Assembly (NCBI RefSeq): GCF_004010195.1
Contig: NC_057719.1
Location: forward strand, 72,534,583-72,598,582
DNA length: 64,000 bases
Source of the DNA: Chiloscyllium plagiosum
Lineage: Eukaryota
Direction: 5' to 3'
A model generated the notes under the pieces. The model was not told the origin of the DNA, made no database searches, and saw only the letters and a list, made by a program, of their open reading frames with translations. Below, piece after piece: positions 11,959-23,408 of the stretch (position 1 is its first letter; each line of letters begins with the position of its first letter). A program made the translations under genes and the position numbers.

Positions 11959-12297
11959 AAGATTCTTCGAGGATTTGACAAGGTAAATGTGGAAAAGTTG
12001 TTTCCTCTAGTGGGAGAGTCTAAGATCAAAGGGCAAGCATTCAGGAGAAGGTCAGAGTCGAAGAGGAATTTCTTTTCTTAAAGGGTTGTGGATTTGTGAA
12101 ATTCTTTACCAAAGAGGGCTGACTCAATAACTATACCTAAGGCGGAGAGATTTTAAATCGGTAAGGGACTCAAAGTTTAAGGGGAAAAGGCAAGAAAGTG
12201 GAGTTGAAGATTTTCAGATCAGCCATGACCTCACTTAACAGAAGATTATGCTCGATGGGCTGAACAGCCTACTTCTGCTCCTATGTCTTATGGACAG

Positions 12298-12513
12298 TTG
12301 AAACTTTATTGCTGGAACAGCACAGCAGGTCAGGCAGCATCCAGGGAACAGGAGATTCGACGTTTCGGGCACAGGCCCTTCTTCATTCCTGAAGAAGGGC
12401 CTGTGCCCGAAACGTCGAATCTCCTGTTCCCTGGATGCTGCCTGACCTGCTGTGCTGTTCCAGCAATAAAGTTTCAACTTTGATCTCCAGCATCTGCAGA
12501 CCTCACTTTCTCC
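12298..12513 (+). mobile_element. Young non-autonomous Penelope-like fold-back insertion, family A
   Basis: Perfect 14-bp TSD tgtcttatggacag at 12284-12297 and 12514-12527; perfect 90-bp inverted arms 12296-12385 and 12390-12479; 34-nt tail. Confidence 0.9.
12385..12420 (+). ncRNA. Minimal type-I hammerhead ribozyme motif
   Basis: AUUC-CUGAAGA-A-GGGC(cugu)GCCC-GAAA-CG-UC^GAAU. Stem I AUUC/GAAU, stem II 4 bp, palindromic ACGU stem III; predicted cleavage after 12416. Confidence 0.8.
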
Positions 12514-12689
12514 TGTCTTATGGACAGCTTGAGTATACATGGGCCTTAGCTTATGATGGAGGAACATTATACACCAGGACAAATTCACAAAATTAGGTAT
12601 GAAAGGTATAAAGACAAACATGGATCAATTGTTATTTTACTGAATGAGTAATTTTTGAGGGCCCTGACTTATGATCTAAAGCCATAAGT

Positions 12690-13015
12690 ACACATTCAAA
12701 ATGGGAAATTTGAATTCAGTTATTTAAATACATTTGGAATATACCATTAGCATCAGTAATCGTGACCATGCCGTAAAAACTCATCTGGCTAATTAATATC
12801 TGAAGGGAAGAGAATCTCCCATACTCATTTATTCTAGTCTGGATGTGACTTCAGATTCCTAGTAATGTAGCTGACTCTTCAACTGTTCCCTGAAATTGCC
12901 TATAAAGGTATTCAGTTTTTAGCAACATAGCTCACAACCACGATCATCTTAATTGAAATTAGGAATACTCAGTTAAAAACTGACTTTGTCAGCAATGCTT
13001 ACATCTTATCCTATG
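12690..13015 (+). mobile_element. Decayed SINE with a LINE-like 3' tail
   Basis: Degenerate aaatttgaattc...gaccatg...catctgg...gggaag...tgtgactTcaga body. A related fragment lies on the minus strand at about 56460-56650; the tail resembles the LINE 3' ends near 22200 and 60870. Confidence 0.5.
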
Positions 13016-13383
13016 AAGGAATTCATTTACAAAATGAAGACCCAATTTCTTGTAAGGTCTTACTGTTTGGGTATAATTTGGAATAAAAGCTTAATGACCC
13101 TTAATATTCTTCTATTGAATGTTGACTTTACCCACAGAATAAGGAAGGAAATTAATGAATAATTAACATACACTGGAGTGTATCAAGGAATATCCATGAC
13201 AGTGCATAAATAAATGCTAGATTCAAATTATTATGAAAGCACTTACAATGTTTAAAATCAAAGTACTGAAATTAAAGATTTTAAATCTTCAAAAGAATCA
13301 TTTGTGGAATTTGAAACAAAAACTGTTTAAAGACTGCCTACTGAATAAGTGAAGAATAAGCAGTATTTTCATTTAGTACATAC

Positions 13384-13505
13384 CATATGTATCATATGGA
13401 TCAACATTGGGACTTGGCATGTTCCAGCATCGTATTGTAGCATCAATTCCACCACTGAAACACTGCTCACCATTAGAACTAATTGTCAAAGACAGTACAG
13501 GTCCA
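13384..13505 (-). CDS. STRN3: Striatin-3 coding exon (122 nt): GPVLSLTISSNGEQCFSGGIDATIRCWNMPSPNVDPYDTY(D)
   Basis: TAG acceptor after a pyrimidine tract, GTATG donor; WD40 repeat; frame continuous. Confidence 0.95.
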
Positions 13506-13809
13506 CTAGAAACAAAAGAAAACAGTGAAACAAATATGAACTATATCAAATTTATGAAGTGAACATTACTAGAAGCAACTGCTGACTCGACAATTATTAT
13601 TGAACTACTCAAATTATACATGATATAGATAATCTGTCTCATTAGAATGGTTAAATTATAAAGAAATATTTAGATCTGCAAAATTTTTTGTTAAATTACA
13701 AAGCAATGACATTTTTTTCTATTTTTCTGCATAGTTTTAAATGGATTGCATTGTGTGTTGGTGGATATTTTATAGTAAAATAATCTATTAGAAAACTGAT
13801 GTTACTTAC

Positions 13810-13857
13810 ATATGGGCTCTGAATGTATAAATTGGTTCCACATCTAATGAGGTACTC
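13810..13857 (-). CDS. STRN3: Striatin-3 coding exon (48 nt): (K)STSLDVEPIYTFRAH(I)
   Basis: CAG acceptor and GTAAGT donor; phases fit both neighbours; striatin LDVEPIYTFRAH motif. Confidence 0.95.
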
Positions 13858-14657
13858 CTGAAAGAACAGATTTGTAATAGCCAAATATTATTCAGTTTTG
13901 TTGCTACAATTAAAACACGGTGAAACAAAAACAGAAAGTGCTGGAGAAACTCAGCAGGTTTGGCTGAATCTGTGGAGAGAAAAGCTGAGTAAATGTCAGA
14001 ACTGAAAATAGCTGGGAAAGTGTGGCATTTTTGTTATTCATGGAGTGGGGGACTGAATCAAGGATATGGAGACAGAAAAAAAGGGTAAGCAAAGATTACT
14101 TGTGATAGGTTGCGATCATGATCAGTGCTAGGTAGGGTGCTAATAAGAAGAGTAAGTGTTAGAAAATGGGTTGGTTGTGCTGGGTGCAACCCATAAAAGA
14201 CAAGAAGAGGGGAAGAGTGAACAAACAAAGGTGTTCATGTTCTGAAATTGTTAATCTTCATGTTGAGTCCTTAAGGCTGAGGAACCCAGACAGGTGACGT
14301 GTTGTTCCTTCAAATTACAGTGAGCCCTGCAGGAGGCCCAAGACAAGAATTTTAGCAATGGGAACACAGAGGTTTGTTGAAGTGGTAGGCAATTGGAAGC
14401 TCAGGGTCATGCTTTTACGGACAGAGCACAGATGTTCGGCAAAGCTGTCATCTAGTCTGTGTTTCATCTCCCCAATGTAGAGTAGACCACGTGAGCAGTG
14501 AATATAGTCGACTAGATTGGCAGTGTGGACAAAAGAAGGTACTTTTTAGAGATTAAGCAACTAAAAATAACCCTGAATTTCCAGTTGCCTGCCACTTCAA
14601 TGAACCGTGCTCCAACATTTGTGTTTCAAGCCTGCTGCAGTGCTCTATCGATCTCAA

Positions 14658-14753
14658 GAGATGGAAATGTGTTGCTGGAAAAGCGCAGCAGGTCAGGCAG
14701 CATCTAGGGAACAGGAGAATCGACGTTTCGGGCATTAGCCCTTCTTCAGGAAT
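14658..14753 (-). mobile_element. 96-bp family A Penelope-like mini insertion (no tail, no inversion)
   Basis: Perfect 15-bp TSD ctctatcgatctcaa at 14643-14657 and 14754-14768; nested in the older Penelope remnant. Confidence 0.88.
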
Positions 14754-14756
14754 CTC
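14715..14756 (-). ncRNA. Minimal type-I hammerhead ribozyme motif, sense to STRN3 pre-mRNA
   Basis: Minus strand reads GAGAUUC-CUGAAGA-A-GGGC(uaau)GCCC-GAAA-CG-UC^GAUUCUC; stem I has 6 of 7 pairs; predicted cleavage after 14722. Confidence 0.78.
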
Positions 14757-15689
14757 TATCGATCTCAACACAAGCTGGAGGAACAAGACCTCCCTCACAC
14801 CTCAGTATCTTGCAACCTTAAGGACTCGATTGAGTTTAATAATTTAAGAATGTGAACACCTTCTTCTATGTTCATTACCCTTCCCCAAAACATCTATTTA
14901 CTGTTTTTATGGGTTGCAAGCACATCAACCCGTTTTCAACCACTTACGCTTCTTGATAGAACCGTCCCTAGATCTCTACCTCTTGGCTTATAACCACTCA
15001 TCTCATTATGTGTCAAACCCTTTTTTTCTCTCTCTGGGCCAGTCTCCATCTACCTCTATTCACACCCCAATTGTCATCACCATCAATGCTATCCTTTCCT
15101 AGCTGTTATCAGTTCTGACAAGGGGTCACTGGACTCAAAAGATTAACTTGTTTCTCTTTCTAAAATTCAGCCAGACCTGTTGAGTTCCTCCAACATTTTT
15201 TGTCTTCGTTTCAGATTTCCACCATCAGAAGTTTTTATTTTACATTAAGTATGTAGTTGTTTTCCACACTTATCTTCTAGCTGCTTAATATAGATATCAA
15301 ACTATGGAGAATTGCTGTATATAATTCCCAAGGCAGCTGAGATCACAGGAGAAACAATCTTCAACATTGCTATAAAATTATATGAATTGCAAAAAAACGT
15401 AACAGAACATATTATAGAATCTCTGAAATTTCAAATATCTTACTTTTATGACAAAACAGAAAAAGGCAAAATATTCAATAAATCTAAGCATTACACCATA
15501 AAGAAAGATTTCTTTATGCACAATGAATAAAAACTTAACTCATTAATAAGGAAAGTTTTCAATTTTGCCAAAATGACATACTGAGCAAGCCTTATTTCAA
15601 TGTAGCAAGAACAATACATGATACGAATGATATACACGGCTCAACATTATTTTTTCACCTATGCATTTTGGAAAGATATACAGTTGGTC

Positions 15690-16670
15690 AATTGAGTCAG
15701 CAATAAAATGGCACATGAACTACAAAGTAGAAACTTGTACACCTTGGTAGAAATAAACAAGAAAGCTTTTATTTAAATGCAGTGAGACCGCAGAATATTG
15801 TAAGGTGAATGGAATATAAATTAACAGGGGAGGTATTTTATTGAAACATAAGACTAGTGGTATAGTGAATGATGAGAGGATACTTTCTCTTATTAGAGAA
15901 ACTAGAATTGGTTATCATTTAAAAATAAGGGGTTGCCCATTTAAGAAAGAGAAGAGGAGAAACGCTTGCTCAGAAGTTTGTTAACACTCTACCCCAGAGA
16001 ACAGTGAATAGAGGTTAATTGAATTATTTTAAGTTTGAGTTAGATAGAATTTTGATTAATAAAGGATCGTGTATAGACTGGAAAATAGAATTTAGGTCAC
16101 AATCAAATCAGCTCTACTCTTATCAAATGATAATGGAGGCTTGAGGAATAAAATAACCTACTCCGGCAGGGTAGAATTCAATACGATAGAGGGATTTGGG
16201 TCTCTTTATACATCAAACAAAAGTTAGCATGCAGATGCAGCTATTAATTAGGAAGACAAATAGAGTATTAGCATGTATTGCAAGAGGGCTAGTGAAGAAA
16301 GCAGGGAAGTCATGCTGCTACAGTCCAGGTTATCGGTGAGACCTCACTTAGAATACGGTGTACTGATTTGGATCCGTTGTTTAAGTGGAATTATAATGAC
16401 ATTAGTAGCACTTCAGAGAAGGTTCACTAGGCTCAGTCCTGTGAGCAAAGATTACGCAGCTTGCGTCTGTACTCATTTGAGATGAGAAGAATGATAGGTG
16501 ACTTTATTGAATCGTAACATTCTGATGGGCCTTGATAAGGTAGATGATGGAATGATTTTTAGTGGAGAAATCTAAGACTGGGGACATAGTCCCAAAATAA
16601 GCAATCGCCTATTTAAGACAAAGGAATGCTCTTTCTCAAAGAGTTTGTAACAATTTGGAACTCTATTTCC
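15690..16670 (+). mobile_element. Decayed, rearranged CR1 fragments
   Basis: VRPHLEYGVLIW and LQRRFTRL motifs in ORF 16273..16485. Confidence 0.7.
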
Positions 16671-16679
16671 TGGAGACCA

Positions 16680-19350
16680 TATGAACACACAAATTAGGAA
16701 CAGGAACAGGCTAATCAGTCACTCAAGCCTGCTCAACAATTCAAAAAGATCATGCTGATTTCAGTATGGCCTCAACTCCACATTTTTGTGTATCCCCTGA
16801 TAAGCTTTAGAGTCCCTTGTTAGTAAAGAACCTATCTATACCTTAAAAATATTCATTGATGCTGCCTCCATTTCTCTCTGGGGAAGAGTTCCAAAGCCTC
16901 TCAATTATCAAGGATGACCCATTACTTTTAACTGTCTCCTCTACTTCCAGTCTCTCTCACAAGGGCAAACATTCTCTTCTAACACTAAAGAGACTCAACC
17001 TGTCCACAATTTCCATGCTAGAGAAACACCACCAGCTCCCAAACCTCCTGCTCCCCTCTCCCATCTCATATTCCTCTCTGAGCTACTTCTAATCCATTTA
17101 CATCCTTTCTTGAACAAGGAGACCAGATCTACATACTGTATTCCAGCTGTGGTTCAGTCAACACCCTATATAACTGTAGCAAAGCATCTATTTCTATATT
17201 CCATTCCACTTGCAATAAATGGTATTTGCCCTCCTAATTACTTGCTGTATCTGCATACCTGCTTTTTGTGTACTTAGCCACAGATCCCTGTACTCCTGAG
17301 TTTTTCAATCTCTCTCCATTAAATAAGGTGTAGTTTTTCTATTCTTCCTGCCAAAGTGGACATTACATTTTCTTGCATTATACTCCATTTGCCATTTCTT
17401 TTTCCTTTACTCACTTAACCTATCTACATCCTTTTGCAGGATCCTCACAACCTCTTCACAATTTCTTCTTTACCTAACTGTGCCAACAGCAAATTTAGCA
17501 TTTAGTTTAGCATTAACTATGCATTTGGTTCTTTCATCTAGTTTATCCCTATGGCACCCTGCTTATTACAGCCTACTAACTCAAAAATAACCAATTTATG
17601 TTCACCATTTTCTGTTACGTAACCAACCCTCGACAGACTCTATAATGCAATCCTGAGAGCTCTTATTCTGCACAATAAACTTTGAAGTGACACCCTGTCA
17701 AAGGCATTCTGGAAACTAAGTATGCAATTCCAAAGGGCTTCCGTTATCTACATTACGTATTACTTCTGCAAAAGACTTCAAAGAGTTAATCAAACATCAA
17801 TTTCCTTTCATAAAACAATGGCACCAGGCAAAGTCAGCATGGAGATTTTCTAAGTGTCCCACTATAATCCTCCTTAATAAAAGGCCAAAAGACCATAAGA
17901 CATAGGAGCATAAATGTGGCCATCGAGCCTGCTCCACCATTCAATTATGGCTGATAGGTTTCTCAATCCCATTCTCTCACTTTCACACTGTAACCCTTAA
18001 TCTCGTTGACAATCAAGAATCCATCACCATCTTAAATATACTCAATGAACTGGCCTCCACAGCCTTCTGTGACAGTGAATTCCATAGATTCACCATTCTC
18101 TGGCTGAAGAAGTTTTCCTTATCTCCATCCTAAAAGGCCTTCGCTCTACTCGAAGGCTGTGCCCTCGAGTTCTAGTCTCTCCTACCAATGGAAACATCTT
18201 CCTGACATCCACTCTCTCCAGGCCATTCAATATTCTCTATGTTTCAATTAGATCCCCCTTTATCCTTCTAAACTCCAAGTATAGACCGACCCAGTCCTCA
18301 AATGTTCCTCATATATTAAACTTTCCATTCCTGGAAGCATTCTCGTGAACCTCCTCTGAACACGCTCCAGGGCCAGTACATCCTTCCCTGAAATATGGGG
18401 TCCAAAACTGCACACAATACTCTAAATGTGGTCTGACCGCAGCATTACAGAGCATCAGAAATTCATCCCTTCTTTTATATTCAAATCCTCTAAAAATAAA
18501 TGCCAATTTTGCATTCAATTTCCTAACTACTGACTCAACCTGCAAGTTTACCTTGAGAGAATCCTGGACGAGAACTCACAATCCATCTGCACTTCAGACT
18601 TGTGAATTTTCTCCCCATTTAGAAAATAGTCTATGCTTCTATTCTTCTTATCAAAGTGCATGACATCACACTTTCCCACGTTGTACTCCATCTGCCAAAT
18701 CTTTGCCCACTCTCCTAACCTGTCCAAATCCTTCTACAAACTCCCTACCTCAACACTACCTATCTTTGTATCATCTGCAAACTTAGCCAGAATGCCCTCA
18801 ATTCCTGAGAAATAGATTCCTGTATTTTCACAAGAATGTATGTTTGCATGTCTGTAGTTTTCTACTTTCTGTCTCCTTCCTTTTTTGATTAAAATGAGTT
18901 ATACTCCAGAATCCAGGGAGTTTTAGAAAATCAATAGTAATCACTTAATGAAGAAGCCCATCATGATCAAGGGGTATATCAACTTTTATTTCTAATCATT
19001 TTCTCTGCACACCTTCCCTATCAATGCGATGGTTTTAAGCACCTCCTTTCCTTTCACAGTAATTTCTAGGATGTTATTTGCATCATCCACACAGGAGGTG
19101 AGTGCAAAATATCTGATGACATCCCCTGCTACTTCTTTACTTTCCATTACCAAGTTCCCAGACTCTTACTCGAGAGGACCAGCATTCATTTCTTTTTTAA
19201 AACTCATACTGTGTTTTTATTTTTATAGCCAACTTTTACTGAAACTCCAACTTCTTTCTCCTTATTAATCTTTTACTCTTTGTTTCTTTTATATTCTGCT
19301 ATTTCTTTCTATTTGATACTATCTTTAAATTCCTTGGTTAGCCACAGACA
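16680..19350 (-). mobile_element. Stack of CR1 LINE fragments; a younger copy at about 17885-18805 is inserted into an older one
   Basis: VRPHLEYCVQFW in ORF 18309..18545; KFADDTK on minus at about 18765-18785; CR1 3' tails at about 16680 and 17890. Confidence 0.75.
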
Positions 19351-19499
19351 ATTCATCTATGGCTAACCCATCAGTGGTGTCTGAATCATTGAATACAAAG
19401 TCAAAAAGAAACGAAACGGAATTTACCACCTGTCATCAACCTTCCAACAAAAATGCCACTGCAAACCCTATAGGCTCTGCAAATTCCTCCTTACCAACA

Positions 19500-22245
19500 T
19501 CTGGTGATTGTGCCAAAATTGGGAGTGTTGTCTCACATTCAAGTAACAGCCTGACAAGTCATACTCTTGGAATTATACTTGATAGATAATATCCTCAACA
19601 TCAAAATCCTTGGGTACGTGATGACCCATTGGCAGACACGTGACTGCATACAGTAGGTGGGAATTGCTCTGCAAGTCCTCAACATTAACTTCAATCCCCA
19701 CGAATTCTCCTGGCATCAGGTCAAACGTAGGCAAATGAAATATCCCACACTGCATCACTCCTCTATGTTGAGCACCAACTGGAAGAAGGACAAAGGATGG
19801 CAAGGGCACAAAATATACTCTGGGCAGGGAACTTCAATGTCCATCATGAAGTGTGGTTCTGTAGCACCACGATCAGAGCTAGCTGACTGTTGAGTAACAT
19901 GACAGTTCGACTGGGCCCGTGGCAGGTGCTGAAAGAATCAAGAGGGTAAAAAGAACTCCCAACAGACCTCATCCCCACTACTGAACCTCTTGCAGATATA
20001 GCTGTCCATGACAAAACTGGTAGTAGTGACGCTATGGTCCTTGCAGAGACAAAAACCTGTCTTTGCATCCAGTTTATCATCAATCATTTCATGCGGTACG
20101 TTCATGTTGCTAAATGGGACAAATGTCAAACAGGTCTAGCAGTTTCAAACAGATCTATGGGTATCCATAAGGCACTGTGGACTATCAGTAGAATTGTATT
20201 CAACCATAAACTCTGACCTCACAGCCACACCCCACTGTATCATCAACATACGGTTCAACTCTGGCTCAAAGACGACTGCAGGTGGGCATGCATGGTGAAG
20301 CACCAGGCATACCTAAAAATGAGGTAAACCTGGCAAAGCTACAATACCAATTGGAAAAAAAGCATACAATAGACAGAGATCTAAGCTCTGGTGCCCTATC
20401 AGTTGTGAATGGCAATGGACAATGAAACAACTAACCACAGAAAGGTCCACAAAAATCTCAATCCTCAGCACATCAGCATAAGTGGCTCATGTACTTGCAA
20501 CCACCTTCAGCCAGAAGTGTTGAGTGGATGTTCTGTCTTGACCCCCAGCTTCATTGGTGCTAATCTTCAGTCAATTTGATTCACTTCACGAGATATTAAT
20601 AAACAGCTGAAAGCAACAGATATTACAAAGCTTATGGGTCCTGACAACATTCTAGCAATGGTACTGAAGACATACTTTAGAACTAACCCAACTCTGGTCA
20701 AGGTGTTCCAGGATAATTATAACACCGACATCTGGCCACAGATAAATATGCCCAAGTATATACTGCCCACAAAAAGCAAAACAAATTCAACCCAACTAAG
20801 TACCAGCAAAAAAGGCTACTCTCAATATCAAGGCAATCGAAGGTGAAATTGGCTATCAGGTAGCCCTTGTACAACAATAACCTGCTCACTGATGCTCAGT
20901 TGGGTTTGATCAGGGCCATGTAGCTCCAGAGCTCATTACAGCATGGTCCAAACATGGATAAAAGAGATGAACTCCAGGAGGAAAGAGTGACTACCCTTGA
21001 GAAAAAAAGGAACATTTGACACATTATGATATCCAGGAGTTCCAGTAAAATAGAAGTCAATGGGAATTAGGGGATTCAACTAGCTGGGGTCATACCTAGA
21101 AAATGAGTATATTATTAGAGGTTCAATCATTCAGTCCCAGGTCACCCATGCAGTAGTTCTCTAGGGTAGTGTTGATGTTTTGCTTCAAAAACCTTCCTTA
21201 AATTAGAAGTCAAAAGTGAAGATATCCCCTGATATGTTCCATACCATTTAAGAATCCCAATATACTGAAGTAATTATGCCCATATATAACAATCAGGCTG
21301 ATAACTAGCAAGCAATATTTATACCACTCAAAATAAAATAAAGAACTGTAGATGTTGGAGATCTGAAACTAAAACAGAAATTGCCAGCGAAACTCAGTAG
21401 ATCGCCACACCTGTGGGAAGAGAGCAGAGTTAAAGTTTTGAGCCCAGTGACTGATGAAGAGTCACCAGACTTAAAACATTCACTTTGCTTTATTCCCACA
21501 GAATGTGCAAGACTTGCTGAGTTTTGCCAGCAATTTGTTTTAGATACACACCACTCAAATGGCATTACTATCTCGGAATTCAATTATTGATATGGAGCAG
21601 GGTGCACGATTACTATTGGTCACGCAACTGAATTGGATTAGATATATACTGTGGCTACAAGAGCAGGTCAGAGCTTAGGAACTCTGTAGAAATTAACGCA
21701 TCACCTGACTTCCTGAAGTCTGCCCACCATCTGCAAGGCACAAGCAAGGAGCATGATTGGAATACTCTCCACTTGTCTGGATGAATGCAGCTATAACAAA
21801 ACCAAAGTAGCTCAACACCATTCAGAAAAAAGCAGCATCCTTGATTGGTGCTCCATCTACTGCTTTAAACATTCACTTCTTTACCAGTAACAGACTGGCA
21901 GCAATGGACACCATCTACAAGATGCAAAGTTGCAAACCATCAAAGCTCCTTTGAGAGTATCTTCCAAACTTGCTACCTATACAATCTGGAAAAACAAAGG
22001 CGACAAATATAGGGGCACAGCACAAACTGTACTTTTGTCTCTAAGCCATACAACATCCTGACTTGAAGTTTTATCTATTCCTTCACAGTTGCTGGATCAA
22101 AATCCTGGAACTCTCTATCACCACTGTGGGTGTTTCAGCACGACATGAACTGTATAACGTGGCTCAATACTACCTTAAGGGTAGTCAAGTTTGAGCAATA
22201 AATAAGCTGGTCTAGTCAACAACACTCATTCCATGAAAGAATTGA
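19500..22245 (+). mobile_element. Decayed CR1/L2-group LINE ORF2 (second family), endonuclease-RT remnant
   Basis: G(N)FNVHHE at about 19828, MGPDNILAMVLKT (ORF 20634), and a 3' end gcaataa..gctggtctag; interrupted at about 21335-21545. Confidence 0.65.
21335..21545. mobile_element. Older Penelope-like fold-back insertion with a decayed hammerhead (CTGATGAAGAGTCaccaGACTT-AAAA)
   Basis: Inverted arms around about 21450; left tail actgtagatgttggag; GAAA mutated; no clear TSD. Confidence 0.6.
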
Positions 22246-22334
22246 TGAATGAGAACGATTTTCAAAGTTAACAGAAACTTTGATAAACCTGGGAATCAAG
22301 GATTATTGGGGCAGGCAGTAACAAGGAGTTAAGG

Positions 22335-23408
22335 CTACATAACTGGCTCAAAGGTAGAAGACAGAGGGTGGTGGTGGAGGGTTGTTTTTCAAACTGGAGG
22401 CCTGTGACCAGTGGAGTGCCACAAGGATCGGTGCTGGACCCTCTACTTTGTGTCATTTACATAAATGATTTGGATGCGAACATAAGAGGTACAGTTAGTA
22501 AGTTTGCAGATGACACCAAAATTGGAGGTGTAGTGGACAGCGAAGAGGGTTACCTCAGATTACAACAGGATCTGGACCAGATGGGCCAATGGGCTGAGAA
22601 GTGGCAGATGGAGTTTCATTTAGATAAATACGAGGTGCTGCATTTTGGGAAAGCAAATCTTAGCAGGACTTATACACTTCATGGTAAGGTCCTCGGGAGT
22701 GTTGCTGAACAGAGACTTTGGAGTGCAGGTTCATAGCTCCTTGAAAGTGGAGTCGCCGGTAGATAGGATAGTGAAGGCGGAATTTGGTATGCTTTCCTTT
22801 ATTGGTCAGAGTATTGAGTACAGAAGTTGGGAGGTCATGTTGCGGCTGTATAGGACATTGGTTAGGCCACTGTTGAAATATTGCTTGCAATTCTGGTCTC
22901 CTTCCTATCGGAAAGATGTTGTGAAACTTGAAAGGGTTCAGAAAATATTTACAAGGATGTTGCCAGGATTGGTGGATCTGAGCTGCAGGGAGAGGCTGAA
23001 CAGGCTGGGGCTGTTTTCCCTGGAGCATCGGAGGGTGACCTTCTAGAGGTTTACAAAATTATGAGGGGCATGGACAGAATAAATAGACAAAGTCTTTTCC
23101 CTGGGGTTGGGGAGTCCAGAACTAGAGGGCATAGGTTTAGGGGGGAAATATATCAAGAGACCTCAGGGGCAACTTTTTCACGCAGGGGGTGGTACGTGTA
23201 TGGAATGAGCTGCCAGAGGATGTGGTGGAGGCTGGTAAAATTGCAACATTTAAGAGGCATTTGGATGGGTATATGAATAAGAAGGGTTTGGAGGGATATG
23301 GGCCGGGTGCTGGCAGCTGGGACTAGATTGGGTTGGGATATCTGGTCGGCATGGATGGGTTGGACCGAAGGGTCTGTTTCCATGCTGTACATTTCTATGA
23401 CTCTATAA
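22335..23408 (+). mobile_element. Young 5'-truncated CR1/HER1 LINE (RT C-terminal half and 3' UTR)
   Basis: ORFs 22368..22736 (VTSGVPQGSVL, YINDLD, SKFADDTK) and 22645..23046 (LYRTLVRPLL..ERVQK); tail ctatgactctataac. Confidence 0.92.

Larger units (their letters stand above)
10375..12290 (+). mobile_element. CR1 LINE 3' part interrupted by a solo LTR (10726-11433) and a Penelope-like insertion (11719-11958)
   Basis: Degenerate SQGSVLG, YINDLD, K(S)ADG, WQMEY motifs; CR1 sequence resumes across both insertions. Confidence 0.8.
13910..15240. mobile_element. Decayed Penelope-like element with inverted structure and a GIY-YIG endonuclease remnant
   Basis: Minus 14520-14375 translates NLV(D)YIHCS-RGLLYIGEMKHRLDDSFAEHLCSVRK/DPELPIAYHFN. 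The plus arm from about 14570 repeats PEFPVACHFN...KLEEQ. pLTR-like ends with a decayed hammerhead at about 15115-15145. Confidence 0.8.

Noticed and set aside
12235..12621. Near-identical peptides on both strands (ORFs 12235..12621 and 12283..12483, also 48192..48374)
   Set aside because: An artefact of the perfect palindrome; no protein family signal.
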